In this document: piece after piece, positions 49,541 to 59,374 of the stretch
Numbering within the stretch: the first letter of the stretch is position 1
Layout: each line of letters starts with the position of its first letter
NCBI GenBank assembly: GCA_963764715.1
Contig: CAVXTP010000022.1
Coordinates: 608,001-672,000, forward strand
Direction: 5' to 3'
Source of the DNA: an uncultured Acidobacteriota bacterium
GTDB lineage: Bacteria > Acidobacteriota > Thermoanaerobaculia > UBA5066 > Gp7-AA6
Length of the DNA stretch: 64,000 nucleotides
Position numbers and translations under genes: made by a program
Notes under the pieces: model-generated
The model's input: only the letters and a program-made list of their open reading frames with translations
Databases searched by the model: none
Told to the model about the DNA's origin: nothing

Positions 49541-52420
49541 ATGACGGACGCTCCCGACTACAAGAGCACGCTCAACCTGCCGCGGACCGACTTCCCGATG
49601 AAGGCGGACCTCGCGCGGCGCGAGCCCCGGCAGCTCGAGGCCTGGACGGCGTCGGCGCTGGAGGCGAAGCTCCGGGCGAAGGCGGCCGGGCGGCCGCAAT
49701 TCATCCTCCACGACGGCCCCCCGTACGCCAACGGGAACATCCACATCGGGCACGCCCTGAACAAGATCCTGAAGGACCTCGTCGTGCGCAGCCGTTCGAT
49801 GATGGGGTTCGACGCGCCGTACGTTCCGGGCTGGGACTGCCACGGCCTGCCGATCGAGCAGAAGGTCGACAAGGCGCTCGGCTCGAAGAAGAAGGACATG
49901 ACCGCGGTCGAGATCCGCCGCGCCTGCCGTGCCTACGCCGAGGAGTACATCGGGATCCAGCGCGACGAGTTCCGCCGGCTCGGCGTCGGCGGCCTCTGGG
50001 ACCGCCCCTACATGACCATGGACTATGCCTATCAGGCCGAGATCGCCCGGGCGTTCGGCGGCTTCTACGGAAAGAACCTCGTCTACCAGGCGCTGAAGTC
50101 CGTCCGATGGTGCTTCACCGACCGGACCGCCCTCGCCGAGGCGGAGCTCGAGTACGAAGAGCGGGCGGACCCGGCGATCTACGTCGCGTTCCCGACGGAG
50201 GCGTGGATCGGCGGCGCGTCCCTCGCGAACGCCTCCTTCCTGATCTGGACGACGACTCCCTGGACGATCCCGTCGAACCTCGCGATCGCGGTCCATCCCG
50301 ACGAAACGTACGCCTGGATCGACGCGGGCAACGGCAACCACTATCTCGTCGCCGAGCGGCTCGCCGAGCGCGTCGCGGGGGATCTCGGCTGGAGCGGCTG
50401 GAAGCGCGTCGCGTCGGTCCCCGGCACCTCGCTCGCGGGAGCCGTCTACGCCCACCCGCTTCACGCCGAGTGCCGGGGCGAGCTGACGGCCGAGGAGGAC
50501 GCGCGCTCCTTCCGCGTCGTGCTCGGCGAGCACGTCACGATGGACGCCGGCACGGGCCTGGTGCACACGGCCCCGGGGCACGGCGAAGACGACTTCCTCA
50601 TCGGCCAGCGCGAGAAGCTTCCGATCCTTTCGCCGGTCGACGAGGCCGGCCGCTTCACCACGGTCGCGAAGTACCGCGGACAGAAGGTCCTCGACGCCAA
50701 CGCCGCGATCGTCGAGGACCTGAAGTCCGTGGGGGCGCTCGCCGGCTACGATCCCAAGTTCCGCCACGAGTACCCGCACTGCTGGCGGTGCAAGAATCCC
50801 GTGATCTTCCGCGCCACGATCCAGTGGTTCGCGCGCCTCGACGCGGAGTCGACCGACGTCCGCGGAGGCTCGCTCGCCGCGATCTCCCGGGTCCAGTGGA
50901 CGCCCCCCTGGGGCGAGGCCCGCATCACCGGCATGGTCGAGAACCGGCGCGAGTGGGTCATCTCGCGGCAGCGCCGCTGGGGCTCCCCCATCACGCTCCT
51001 CTACGCCATGAAGGCGGGCGAGCGCGCCGGCGTCTACCCCTGGAGCGACGCGCCGGCGGAACAGACGAAGTTCTTCGAGCACGTCGCGACGATCTTCCGC
51101 GCCGAGGGCGCCGACGCCTGGTATGCCCGGCCGGCCACCGACTTCCTGCCGCCCGGCGCCGACCTCCGGGGATTCGCGGGAGGCGACTTCCAGGCCGAGA
51201 CCGACATCCTCGACGTCTGGTTCGACTCCGGCGTCTCGCACATCGCCGTGCTCCGCTCCGGAAAGTGGCCCGAGCTCGTCCGGAAGGGCGCCGGCCGGCC
51301 GGCGGACCTCTACGTCGAGGGGCACGACCAGTACCGCGGCTGGTTCCAGTCCTCCCTCCTGACCTCGGTCGCCCTCTACGGCGACGCGCCGTACGACGGC
51401 GTGATCACGCACGGCTTCGCGGTCGACGGCCAGGGGCGCAAGATGTCGAAGTCGCTCGGCAACGTCGTCGCCCCCCAGGACCTCATCAAGAAGTACGGCG
51501 CCGACATCGTGCGCCTGTGGGTGGCGAGCCTCGACTACCGGGACGACGATCCGATCTCCGAGGAGATCCTGGCGCGCTGCGCCGAGGCGTACCGCAAGAT
51601 CCGCAACACCGCCCGCTACCTCATCTCGAACCTCTACGACTTCGAGCCCGGGCGGGACGCCGTCGCCCTGAAGGATCTTCTCCCCCTCGATCGGTGGGCG
51701 CTCGCGGAGACCCGGAAGGCCTTGCGGCGGGTCTACGCCGCGTACGAGGCCTACGAGTTCCACGTGATCTACCATCAACTCGTGACTTTTTGCGCCACCA
51801 CCCTGTCGGCGTTCTACTGCGACATCCTCAAGGACCGCCTGTACGCCTCGGCGGCGGCCTCGACCGAGCGCCGCTCGGCGCAGACGGCCCTCCACCGGAT
51901 CGCCCGCGCCCTGGCGGCGGCCGCGGCGCCCGTGCTGCCGTTCACGGCCGAGGAGATCTGGGGCGCGCTCCCCGGAAAAGAGGAAGAATCGGTCCACCTG
52001 ACGGGTTTCGACGGGCTGGACGACGTGCCGGTAAACTCCGTTCCTGAGGCCGCATGGGAACGGCTGACGAAATTGAGGGAAGAAGCCTCGGTGATCCTGG
52101 AGCAAGCCCGCCGCGACAAGGTGATCGGATCGTCCCTGGAGGGGACGATCGTCTTTTCGACCACCCCTGAGCTCGAAGCCGACCGGCGTTCCACCGGCAC
52201 CGACGGCGCCGGCCTCGCCGAGCTCTTCATCGTCTCGGACACCGTCGAAGGCGGCGAGATGCCCGACGGCGGCCGGGATTCGCAGGCCTACCCGGGCGTG
52301 CGCCTGGCCTTTCGGAAGGCTTCGGGCCGGCGCTGCGACCGTTGCTGGAAAGTGACGCCGGAGGCCGAGGCGAACGGCCTGTGTGCGCGTTGCCGTCGGG
52401 TCCTGGAGACCGGGCGATGA
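49541..52420 (+). CDS. ileS: Isoleucine-tRNA ligase (type 1)
   Basis: [27 protein letters not shown]-terminal CDRCW...CARC zinc finger. Confidence 0.97.
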   Translation: MTDAPDYKSTLNLPRTDFPMKADLARREPRQLEAWTASALEAKLRAKAAGRPQFILHDGPPYANGNIHIGHALNKILKDLVVRSRSMMGFDAPYVPGWDCHGLPIEQKVDKALGSKKKDMTAVEIRRACRAYAEEYIGIQRDEFRRLGVGGLWDRPYMTMDYAYQAEIARAFGGFYGKNLVYQALKSVRWCFTDRTALAEAELEYEERADPAIYVAFPTEAWIGGASLANASFLIWTTTPWTIPSNLAIAVHPDETYAWIDAGNGNHYLVAERLAERVAGDLGWSGWKRVASVPGTSLAGAVYAHPLHAECRGELTAEEDARSFRVVLGEHVTMDAGTGLVHTAPGHGEDDFLIGQREKLPILSPVDEAGRFTTVAKYRGQKVLDANAAIVEDLKSVGALAGYDPKFRHEYPHCWRCKNPVIFRATIQWFARLDAESTDVRGGSLAAISRVQWTPPWGEARITGMVENRREWVISRQRRWGSPITLLYAMKAGERAGVYPWSDAPAEQTKFFEHVATIFRAEGADAWYARPATDFLPPGADLRGFAGGDFQAETDILDVWFDSGVSHIAVLRSGKWPELVRKGAGRPADLYVEGHDQYRGWFQSSLLTSVALYGDAPYDGVITHGFAVDGQGRKMSKSLGNVVAPQDLIKKYGADIVRLWVASLDYRDDDPISEEILARCAEAYRKIRNTARYLISNLYDFEPGRDAVALKDLLPLDRWALAETRKALRRVYAAYEAYEFHVIYHQLVTFCATTLSAFYCDILKDRLYASAAASTERRSAQTALHRIARALAAAAAPVLPFTAEEIWGALPGKEEESVHLTGFDGLDDVPVNSVPEAAWERLTKLREEASVILEQARRDKVIGSSLEGTIVFSTTPELEADRRSTGTDGAGLAELFIVSDTVEGGEMPDGGRDSQAYPGVRLAFRKASGRRCDRCWKVTPEAEANGLCARCRRVLETGR

Positions 52421-52953
52421 AACCGGTCGTCCTCCGGGAATCGACGCTCTACCGCGGCGCCTATCTCGCCGTCTCGCTCGCCGTGCTCTTTCTCGACCAG
52501 TGGACCAAGGGAATCATCACCCGCACGATGGAGGTCCACCAGTCGAAGACGGTCGTCGCCGACGTCTTCGACCTGACCTACGTGCGCAACAGCGGAGCCG
52601 CCTTTGGTCTCTTCGCCTCGGTCGATTCCGCGATCAAGGCCGTCGTCCTGAACAGCGTCGCCGTCATCGTGTTCCTGATCGTCTCGGCCTACGCCCTGCG
52701 CTCGTCGCACAAGAGCGTGCGGCTCCAGGTCGGGCTCGCCCTGATCCTCGGCGGCGCCGTCGGCAACCTGCTCGACCGGGTGCGCTTCGGGTACGTCGTC
52801 GACTTCCTCGACTTCTCCGTCTCCGGCCACCACTGGCCGGCGTTCAACGTCGCCGATTCGGCCATCTGCATCGGCGTCGCCGTGCTCTTCCTCGACATGC
52901 TCGGCCACGAGGACGAACCGGCGCCGCGGCCCGACGCCGCACCGGGGGGATAG
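52417..52953 (+). CDS. lspA: Lipoprotein signal peptidase
   Basis: DQWTK, NSGAAFG, GNLLDR, VVDF, FNVADS. Confidence 0.95.
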   Translation: MKPVVLRESTLYRGAYLAVSLAVLFLDQWTKGIITRTMEVHQSKTVVADVFDLTYVRNSGAAFGLFASVDSAIKAVVLNSVAVIVFLIVSAYALRSSHKSVRLQVGLALILGGAVGNLLDRVRFGYVVDFLDFSVSGHHWPAFNVADSAICIGVAVLFLDMLGHEDEPAPRPDAAPGG

Positions 52954-52957
52954 CCTC

Positions 52958-53743
52958 ATTTTCCCGCGCCTCGTCCACATCGGGCAGTTCTACCTTCCGA
53001 CGTACGGCGTCGTGCTGGCGATCGCCTACCTGACGGGCATCTGGCTGCTGCGCCGCAAGGCCCTGGCCGAGGACCTCCCCGACCAGAAGATCCTGGACCT
53101 CGCGCTCTACATCCTGGCGTCCGCGATCCTCGGCGCGAAGCTCCTGCTCATCCTCGTCGAGTGGAAGCGATACGCCGCCAATCCGAAGGACCTGATCGAG
53201 GTCGTGCGCTCCGGCGGCGTCTTCTACGGCGGGCTGATCGCCGCGACCGTCGTCGCCGTCTGGTACATGAAGAAGAACGACCTCCCGGCCTGGCGGATCG
53301 CCGACATGGGAGCGCCCTCGATCGCGCTCGGCGAGGCGATCGGGCGCTGGGGCTGCTTCGCGGCCGGCTGCTGCTACGGCAAGGAGACCCACGGTCCGTT
53401 CGGGGTCACGTTCACGGATCCCTTCGCCGCCGAGCAGGTCGGGACGCCGCTCAACGTCCCGCTCCACCCCACGCAGATCTACCTGTCCTTGAACGCGTTC
53501 CTGATGTTCCTGATCCTGCAGTGGGCCTACCGGCGCCGGACGTTCGACGGCGAGGTCTTCTGGCTCTACGTGCTCCTCTACGCCATCACGCGCGGGATCC
53601 TGGAGACCTGGCGCGGCGACCTCGTCCGCGGGTTCGTGATCCCGGGCATCCTCTCGACCTCGCAGGCGATCGGGCTCGTGACCGCAGCCGTCGCCGGCGG
53701 GATGCTCTTCTACCTCTCGCGCCGCAGCCGCGCCGAGGCGTAG
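52958..53743 (+). CDS. lgt: Prolipoprotein diacylglyceryl transferase (probable ATT start)
   Basis: (M)FPRLVHIG..LPTYG N-terminus, FYGG, IGRWGCF, HPTQIY. Confidence 0.88.
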   Translation: MFPRLVHIGQFYLPTYGVVLAIAYLTGIWLLRRKALAEDLPDQKILDLALYILASAILGAKLLLILVEWKRYAANPKDLIEVVRSGGVFYGGLIAATVVAVWYMKKNDLPAWRIADMGAPSIALGEAIGRWGCFAAGCCYGKETHGPFGVTFTDPFAAEQVGTPLNVPLHPTQIYLSLNAFLMFLILQWAYRRRTFDGEVFWLYVLLYAITRGILETWRGDLVRGFVIPGILSTSQAIGLVTAAVAGGMLFYLSRRSRAEA

Positions 53744-53749
53744 CCGCAG

Positions 53750-54727
53750 GTGATCCGGCGGTTTCGGGTCGGCTCCCCGTCCGCCGGCACGCGGCTCGAC
53801 CTCTTCCTCGTGGCGGCCTGCTCGGACCTCTCCCGGTCCCGCATCCAGAAGCTGATCGCCGATGGTTCCGTCCAGGTCGGCGGCTCGCCGGCCCGGCGCG
53901 CGCACGTCGTCCACGCCGGCGAAGAGATCTCGATCGAGGTGCCGGAGCCGCGCGAGACGGAGCTCGAGCCCGAGGACATTCCCCTGGCGATCCTGTACGA
54001 GGACGACGAGCTCCTCGCGATCGACAAGCCGCCCGGCCTCGTCGTCCACCCGGCGCCCGGGCATCCGTCGGGCACGCTCGTCAACGCCCTGCTCCACCAC
54101 GTCCGCGACCTCGCCGGGATCGGCGGGGAGCGAAGGCCCGGGATCGTCCACCGGCTCGACCGCGACACGTCGGGCGTGCTCCTCGTGGCCAAGACCGACC
54201 GCGCGCACCAGCTCCTGTCCCGGCAGATGCGCCGCCGAACGCTCCGCAAGGAGTACCTCGCGCTCGCCGCGGGCGTGCCGCGCGTCCGCAAGGGCGAGGT
54301 CACGCTCGCGATCGGCCGCGACCCGCGGGACCGCAAGAGGATGAAGGCGTTTCACCCCCTCGACGACGCGATGCCCTCGGGCGCCCGCGAGGCCCGAACG
54401 CTCTACGCGATCGAGAAAGAGTGGCCGGCGCTCGGCCTGACGCTCCTGCGCTGCCGGCTCGTCACCGGCCGCACCCACCAGATCCGCGTTCACCTGGCGG
54501 CCTCCGGCCTCCCGATCGTCGGCGATCCCGTCTACGGCCGGGCGCGCTTCCCGAAGGTCCGCGACGAGAACCTCCGCCGCCGCCTCGCGGAGTTCCCCCG
54601 CCAGGCCCTCCACGCCGAGCGCGTCGCCTTCCACCATCCCGCGACCCAGGATCTCGTCGAGATCGTGGCACCGGTCCCTGCCGACCTCCAGGGGCTCCTC
54701 GACGCCATCGAAGCCGCGGCGGGATAG
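53750..54727 (+). CDS. rluD: RluA/RluD-family pseudouridine synthase
   Basis: S4 domain RLD...SRS, KPPGLVVHP, HRLDRDTSG, GRTHQIRVH. Confidence 0.9.
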   Translation: MIRRFRVGSPSAGTRLDLFLVAACSDLSRSRIQKLIADGSVQVGGSPARRAHVVHAGEEISIEVPEPRETELEPEDIPLAILYEDDELLAIDKPPGLVVHPAPGHPSGTLVNALLHHVRDLAGIGGERRPGIVHRLDRDTSGVLLVAKTDRAHQLLSRQMRRRTLRKEYLALAAGVPRVRKGEVTLAIGRDPRDRKRMKAFHPLDDAMPSGAREARTLYAIEKEWPALGLTLLRCRLVTGRTHQIRVHLAASGLPIVGDPVYGRARFPKVRDENLRRRLAEFPRQALHAERVAFHHPATQDLVEIVAPVPADLQGLLDAIEAAAG

Positions 54728-54736
54728 CCTGTCGCC

Positions 54737-55252
54737 ATGGCGAACGACTCCCGCATCCTCTACGAGGGCCGCCACCTGCTCCTCCTCGACCGCAACGGCT
54801 GGGAATTCGTGGAGCACCGCACGGCGCCCGAGGCGGCGATGATCGTGGCCCTGACGGCCTCGGGCGACATCGTCCTCGCCGAAGAGTTCCGTCCGCCGAT
54901 GGGCGCCCCGGTCGTATCGCTTCCCTCCGGCCTCATCGGGGACGAGGGGCCGGAGGAAGCCATCGACGCCGCCCGGCGGGAGCTCGCCGAGGAGACCGGC
55001 CACGCGGCCGAGCGCTGGGAGCTTCTCGCCCGCGGGCCCGGCTCCGCCGGCCAGAGCTCCGAGATGATCACGTTCTTCCTGGCGCGGCCCGCGGTCCGGT
55101 CGGGCGCGCAGGCGGACCACGACGTCGGCAGGATCCGCGTGCACGTCGTTCCGGTGGCGGACCTTCGCGACTGGGCGAAGCGGCGCGAGACCGAGGGGGC
55201 CGTCATCGATCCGAAGATCTGGGCGGGCCTCTACCTGGCGCACGGCCGGTGA
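54737..55252 (+). CDS. NUDIX hydrolase (ADP-ribose pyrophosphatase-like)
   Basis: LPSGL...AARRELAEETG Nudix box. Confidence 0.85.
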   Translation: MANDSRILYEGRHLLLLDRNGWEFVEHRTAPEAAMIVALTASGDIVLAEEFRPPMGAPVVSLPSGLIGDEGPEEAIDAARRELAEETGHAAERWELLARGPGSAGQSSEMITFFLARPAVRSGAQADHDVGRIRVHVVPVADLRDWAKRRETEGAVIDPKIWAGLYLAHGR

Positions 55253-55282
55253 CGCGGCCGCTCCCTCGCGGACGGGCCGGAC

Positions 55283-55921
55283 CTACTTCAGCGAAATCGA
55301 GATCGTCGTCCCGTCCTTCTCGAGCACGACGCGGCCTTCCTCGATCTTCGAGACCGTGAATCCCTCGACGTAGGCGCCGGTCCCCACGATCCGGTCGTTC
55401 AGGAGCGCCCGCGGCTCTTCTTCCGACCAGGCGATTCCGCCGAGCTCGATCCGGGCGCCGTCCGGCAACTGGACGGAACCGACGTAGTTGCGCCCGTGGG
55501 CGGGAGGCGGCGGCGGCGCCGCTTCCGTCGCCTCGGGCGTGGTCTCCGCGAACGAGACGCCTTCGGGCAGCGCGCTTCGTGTCGGCCGGGGCGCGCGGGG
55601 GACGGCGGCCGGCGGAGCCAGCGGCGTCGTCACGACCGTCTCCGAGAGCGTCGGCTCGGGCGCGGGCATCGTCGGCGCCGGCGCCGCGGCCGGCCGCGAC
55701 GCGGGAGCGGCGGCATTCCAGACTGCCCGGACTCCCACCGCGGCCACGACCAGAGCCGCCGCGATCGAGACCGACCAGAGGAGCACGCGCAGGATGCGCC
55801 GACGGCGCGCGAGGCCCGCGTCCGGCAGCGGGGCGGGCGTCCACGGCCGCTTCTCGGGCGACGCGCCCTCCTTGCGGGCCGCTTCCTGGGCGCGCTTGAG
55901 CGCCTCGTCGATGAGGCTCAC
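55283..55921 (-). CDS. ExeB/GspB-like bitopic protein
   Basis: MSLIDEALKRA N-terminus, TM, Pro-rich linker, C-terminal GIAW...ALLND...G..V.G..V.KI; downstream of exeA. Confidence 0.7.
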   Translation of the reverse strand: MSLIDEALKRAQEAARKEGASPEKRPWTPAPLPDAGLARRRRILRVLLWSVSIAAALVVAAVGVRAVWNAAAPASRPAAAPAPTMPAPEPTLSETVVTTPLAPPAAVPRAPRPTRSALPEGVSFAETTPEATEAAPPPPPAHGRNYVGSVQLPDGARIELGGIAWSEEEPRALLNDRIVGTGAYVEGFTVSKIEEGRVVLEKDGTTISISLK

Positions 55922-56730
55922 GCGACCTCTCCCTCGAGCTCGCGGATCGCCTGGCCGACGGCCCGGCTCTTGAGCTCGTAGGTTCCGTTGACGTAGCCGT
56001 AGAGGAGGGCCTTGTCGCAGACCGCGTTGATCAGGCGCGGGACCCCTCCGGCATAGCGGTGGATCTTCCGGATCGCCCACGGACTGAACGTCGGCCGCCC
56101 GTCGCCGCCCGCCACACGGATGCGGTGGTCGATGTACCGGGCGGTTTCGTCGCGATCGAGCGGCGCGAGGTGGTACCGGACGGTGATGCGCTGCCGGAGC
56201 TGCCGCAGCCCGCGCTCGTTCAGCTTCTCGCGGAGCTCCGGCTGCCCGATCAGGACGATCTGGAGGAGCTTGCGCTGGTCGGTCTCCAGGTTCGAGAGGA
56301 GCCGGATCTGCTCGAGGAGCTCCGGGTCGAGGTCCTGCGCCTCGTCGATCAGGAGCACGACGTCGTTGCCGGCCCCGGCCTGCTCCAGCAGGAAGCGGTT
56401 GAGAAGCTCGAGGTACGCCGTCCGATCGACCTTCCGCGGCTCGAGGCCGAGCTCCGTCAGCACCATCCGCATCAGTTGCGTGGCCGTGACCATGGGGTTG
56501 AGGATGAGCGCCGTCTTGTAGGAGGCCCCGAGCTCCGCGAGGATCGCCCGGCAGACCGTGGTCTTTCCGGCGCCGACCTCGCCCGTGATCTGGATGAAGC
56601 CCTTGCGCTCCCGGATGCCGAAGAGTACGTGGTTGAAGGCCTCGCGGTGCTTGTCGGAGAAAAAGAGGAAGCGGGGATCGGGGGTGATGTTGAACGGCGC
56701 CTCCCGGAAGCCGTAGAAGTCGTTGTACAC
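55918..56730 (-). CDS. ExeA/GspA-family AAA ATPase
   Basis: MYNDFYGF..PF..TPDP, GEVGAGKTT, IDEAQ, GQPEL, GVPRLIN. Confidence 0.9.
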   Translation of the reverse strand: MYNDFYGFREAPFNITPDPRFLFFSDKHREAFNHVLFGIRERKGFIQITGEVGAGKTTVCRAILAELGASYKTALILNPMVTATQLMRMVLTELGLEPRKVDRTAYLELLNRFLLEQAGAGNDVVLLIDEAQDLDPELLEQIRLLSNLETDQRKLLQIVLIGQPELREKLNERGLRQLRQRITVRYHLAPLDRDETARYIDHRIRVAGGDGRPTFSPWAIRKIHRYAGGVPRLINAVCDKALLYGYVNGTYELKSRAVGQAIRELEGEVA

Positions 56731-56779
56731 CGCCCCCGAGCTTAGTCCAATCCCCGCCCCCGACGCTCCGCGCCCGCCG

Positions 56780-57580
56780 TCAGGACGCCTTCGCGAGCGG
56801 CCGGCAGTCCCCGCACGGGTGATAGCCGGCGGCGAGGGCCTCCTCGTCCGAGTGGAAGGCGACCTGGTTGGACTCGAGCAGCGTCTGGATCCCGCCGCAC
56901 GTCGGGTAGCAGTAATGCATCCCCTTCGAGTTGCCGAGGTACCGCACGTGCGAGGCCGCGAGCTTCTCGAGCGTCTCGGGCTGGGCCCCCTCGAGCGCCA
57001 GGAGTGTGCGCTTGTTGCGCGCCCCGCCCAGGGAGTACTTGCCGATGTGCCCGTCGCTTCGCACCACGCGGTGGCACGGGATCAGGAGCGGCACCGGGTT
57101 CTTCGCCAGCGCCGTGCCGGCGGCCCGCACCGCGCCCGGGTGCCCGATCTCCTTGGCGATCCAGCTGTACGGCCGCACCTCCCCCGTCGGGATCTCGAGG
57201 GCCTTCAGCAGCACCGCCCGCTCGAACTCGGACAGCCCGCGCAGGTCGTACCGCAGCTCCCGCCGGCGCTCCCCCTTGAGCCGCCCGACGAGCGCCCGCA
57301 CGGCCGCCGGCGGAACCGCCTTCTCCCGGTAGGCCGTCCGGCCGAACCGACGGCGGAACGCCCGCTCGAAGTCGGCTTCCGACTTCGCCCGCGTGACCAT
57401 CGAGATCCCCGCCTTGCTGTGCGCCACGAACACCGGCCCCACCGGCGACTCCAGCCGCCAGTAGTGGTCCGCGAGCCCGACGCGGCGCAGGACGGCCGGC
57501 AGCAACGTGGCCGGCGCCTTTTCCACGGAGAAGCTCCGCAGGGCCTGCGTGATCTCGAGTCCCTTGTGCATTCTCTTCAC
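56780..57580 (-). CDS. ogt: Methylated-DNA-protein-cysteine methyltransferase with C-terminal Ada-type Zn domain
   Basis: IPCHRVV active site; C-terminal YCYPTC...GYHPCGDCRP; GTGA overlap with the sigma stop (alternative ATG 57571). Confidence 0.88.
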   Translation of the reverse strand: MKRMHKGLEITQALRSFSVEKAPATLLPAVLRRVGLADHYWRLESPVGPVFVAHSKAGISMVTRAKSEADFERAFRRRFGRTAYREKAVPPAAVRALVGRLKGERRRELRYDLRGLSEFERAVLLKALEIPTGEVRPYSWIAKEIGHPGAVRAAGTALAKNPVPLLIPCHRVVRSDGHIGKYSLGGARNKRTLLALEGAQPETLEKLAASHVRYLGNSKGMHYCYPTCGGIQTLLESNQVAFHSDEEALAAGYHPCGDCRPLAKAS

Positions 57581-58281
57581 GACCTCACCCCCTCCCGGCG
57601 CGAGATCGACAGGGCCTCGCGCAGGGCGTTGATTCCGCGATGGACGTTCGACTTGGTCGTTCCCAGGGGCTGCCGCAGGACCGTGGCGACCTCCTCGAGC
57701 CGGAGGCCCTCCACGTAGCGAAGCTGCAGCGGCGCCCGGTAACGCTCCGGCAGCGCGGCCATCAGGTCCGCGATGTCGCGCCGCTCCCGCGCGCGCTCGT
57801 ACGCGCGGTCGGGCCCGTCGGCGTGGTCCGCCGGCTCCCACCTCTGGTCGCTGTCGGCCGAGACGGGCTGGTCGAGCGAGACCGTGCGGAGCTTCTTGCC
57901 GCGGAACCGGTTCCGCGCCACGTTGAGCGTGATCCGGTAGAGCCAGGGACGCAGGGCGAGCGCCCGGATGCGTTCGGCCGGGTACGTCGCGAGCGCCCGG
58001 TACGCCCGGACGAAGGCGTCCTGCGCGACCTCCTCCGCGTCCTCGCGCCGCCCCGTCAGCCGGAGGGCATACGAGAACAGCCGGTCCTGGTAGACCCGGA
58101 CCAGCTCCTCGAACGCGCCGTCGAGGTCCTCCGCGACCGATTCCCGGAGTCTTTCTTCCTGCGACATCGGCGACCGACCGCCTCTCTGCTCGTCCGGCTG
58201 ACCCATCACCAGCCGGAAATCCGATCTCCCCGCGACCGGCCAGGGGACGCGCCCCGTGTCCGGCGCGCATTCGCTCGTCAT
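57577..58281 (-). CDS. ECF RNA polymerase sigma factor
   Basis: DAEEVAQDAF, WLYRITLN (region 2); LPERYR, GTTKSNVHRG (region 4); GGAGG SD before ATG 58281 (alternative 58167). Confidence 0.9.
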   Translation of the reverse strand: MTSECAPDTGRVPWPVAGRSDFRLVMGQPDEQRGGRSPMSQEERLRESVAEDLDGAFEELVRVYQDRLFSYALRLTGRREDAEEVAQDAFVRAYRALATYPAERIRALALRPWLYRITLNVARNRFRGKKLRTVSLDQPVSADSDQRWEPADHADGPDRAYERARERRDIADLMAALPERYRAPLQLRYVEGLRLEEVATVLRQPLGTTKSNVHRGINALREALSISRREGVRS

Positions 58282-58303
58282 GGTGCCCTCCGCTCGCCTC
58301 CAG

Positions 58304-58330
58304 AACACGCGCGGAGGGCCCGGGGTTGCA
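58304..58330 (-). promoter_or_regulatory. ECF-type promoter (possibly autoregulatory)
   Basis: TGCAAC...CGTGT with about 15-16 nt spacer upstream of the sigma gene. Confidence 0.45.
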
Positions 58331-58343
58331 GCCTCCCCGGCTC

Positions 58344-59339
58344 CTAGACGGGCGCCGCCTGACGCTTGCGCTTGCGTTCGATCCCCGCGGCGATCCGGGC
58401 CGCGTGGTGGCGGCTGTTCTCGATGAAGATGCGGCCGGTCTCCCGGCCGCCGAGGATCGCCCCGGCCAGGTACAGGTCGGGCACGTTCGACTCGAGCGTC
58501 TCCGGGTCGTGGGCCGGCACCCGCGCGGGGCCCTCGAGCCGGATGCCGCAGCGCTCGAAGAGGGCGAAGTCCGGCTCATAGCCGATCAGCGGAAAGACGG
58601 CCTCGGCCGGGATCGACCGCTCCCCTCCGGGACCGGCGACGCGGACCGCGTCCGCCTCGATCGCGAGGACCCGGGTCTCGAAGAGCGCCCGGATCGCCCC
58701 CGCGGCGATCCGGTTCTCGAGGTCCGGCCTGATCCAGTACTTGATCCGGTCCGAGAGGGCCGCCGCCCGCACGACGAGCGTCACGCGCGCCCCGTGCCGG
58801 TACAGGTCGAGGGCGGCCTCGGCCGCCGAGTTCTTTCCGCCGACCACGACGACGTCCCGTCCGTGGAACGGGTATCCCGAGACGTACCGGGAATGGACCT
58901 GCGGACGCTCCTCGCCCGGCACGGACAGCTTCCGCGGGTTGTGGAAGAACCCCGTCGCGAGGATCGCGGCCGGGGCCTCGACCCGCTCCCGGCCCCCCCG
59001 GCTCAGGACGGTCGCGGCGACTCCGCCCCCGGGGAGCGGCTCGACCTTCTCGACCGGGGTCTCCGCTCGGACGGCGACGCCGAACTGCTCGGCCACGCTG
59101 CGGTAGTAGCCGAGCGTCTCGAGGCGCGTCGGGTGCGCTTCGGGCGAGCCGAACGGGACCCCCGCGATGTCGAGGAGATCGCGCGTCGAGAACCAGCGCA
59201 TCTCCTCGGGAAACCCGGAGATCGAGTCGAGGAGCCCGCCGCGGTCGAAGCACACGGCGGGGATGCCGCGCCGGAGGAGCTCGACGGCGCAGGCGATCCC
59301 GGTCGGGCCGGCGCCGACGATGGCGACGGGCGTTTCCAC
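58344..59339 (-). CDS. YpdA-family FAD/NAD(P)H oxidoreductase (putative bacillithiol disulfide reductase)
   Basis: GAGPTG, PTRLETLGYY, GGKNSA, IRPDLENRI, IFIENSR. Confidence 0.85.
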   Translation of the reverse strand: METPVAIVGAGPTGIACAVELLRRGIPAVCFDRGGLLDSISGFPEEMRWFSTRDLLDIAGVPFGSPEAHPTRLETLGYYRSVAEQFGVAVRAETPVEKVEPLPGGGVAATVLSRGGRERVEAPAAILATGFFHNPRKLSVPGEERPQVHSRYVSGYPFHGRDVVVVGGKNSAAEAALDLYRHGARVTLVVRAAALSDRIKYWIRPDLENRIAAGAIRALFETRVLAIEADAVRVAGPGGERSIPAEAVFPLIGYEPDFALFERCGIRLEGPARVPAHDPETLESNVPDLYLAGAILGGRETGRIFIENSRHHAARIAAGIERKRKRQAAPV

Positions 59340-59374
59340 CCGGCCATTCTATCGGCGCCCGGTTCGACGGCCGC

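Noticed and set aside
52020-52170. Slightly AT-richer patch in the ileS 3' region
   Set aside because: The frame is intact and no convincing internal promoter or insertion boundary could be identified.
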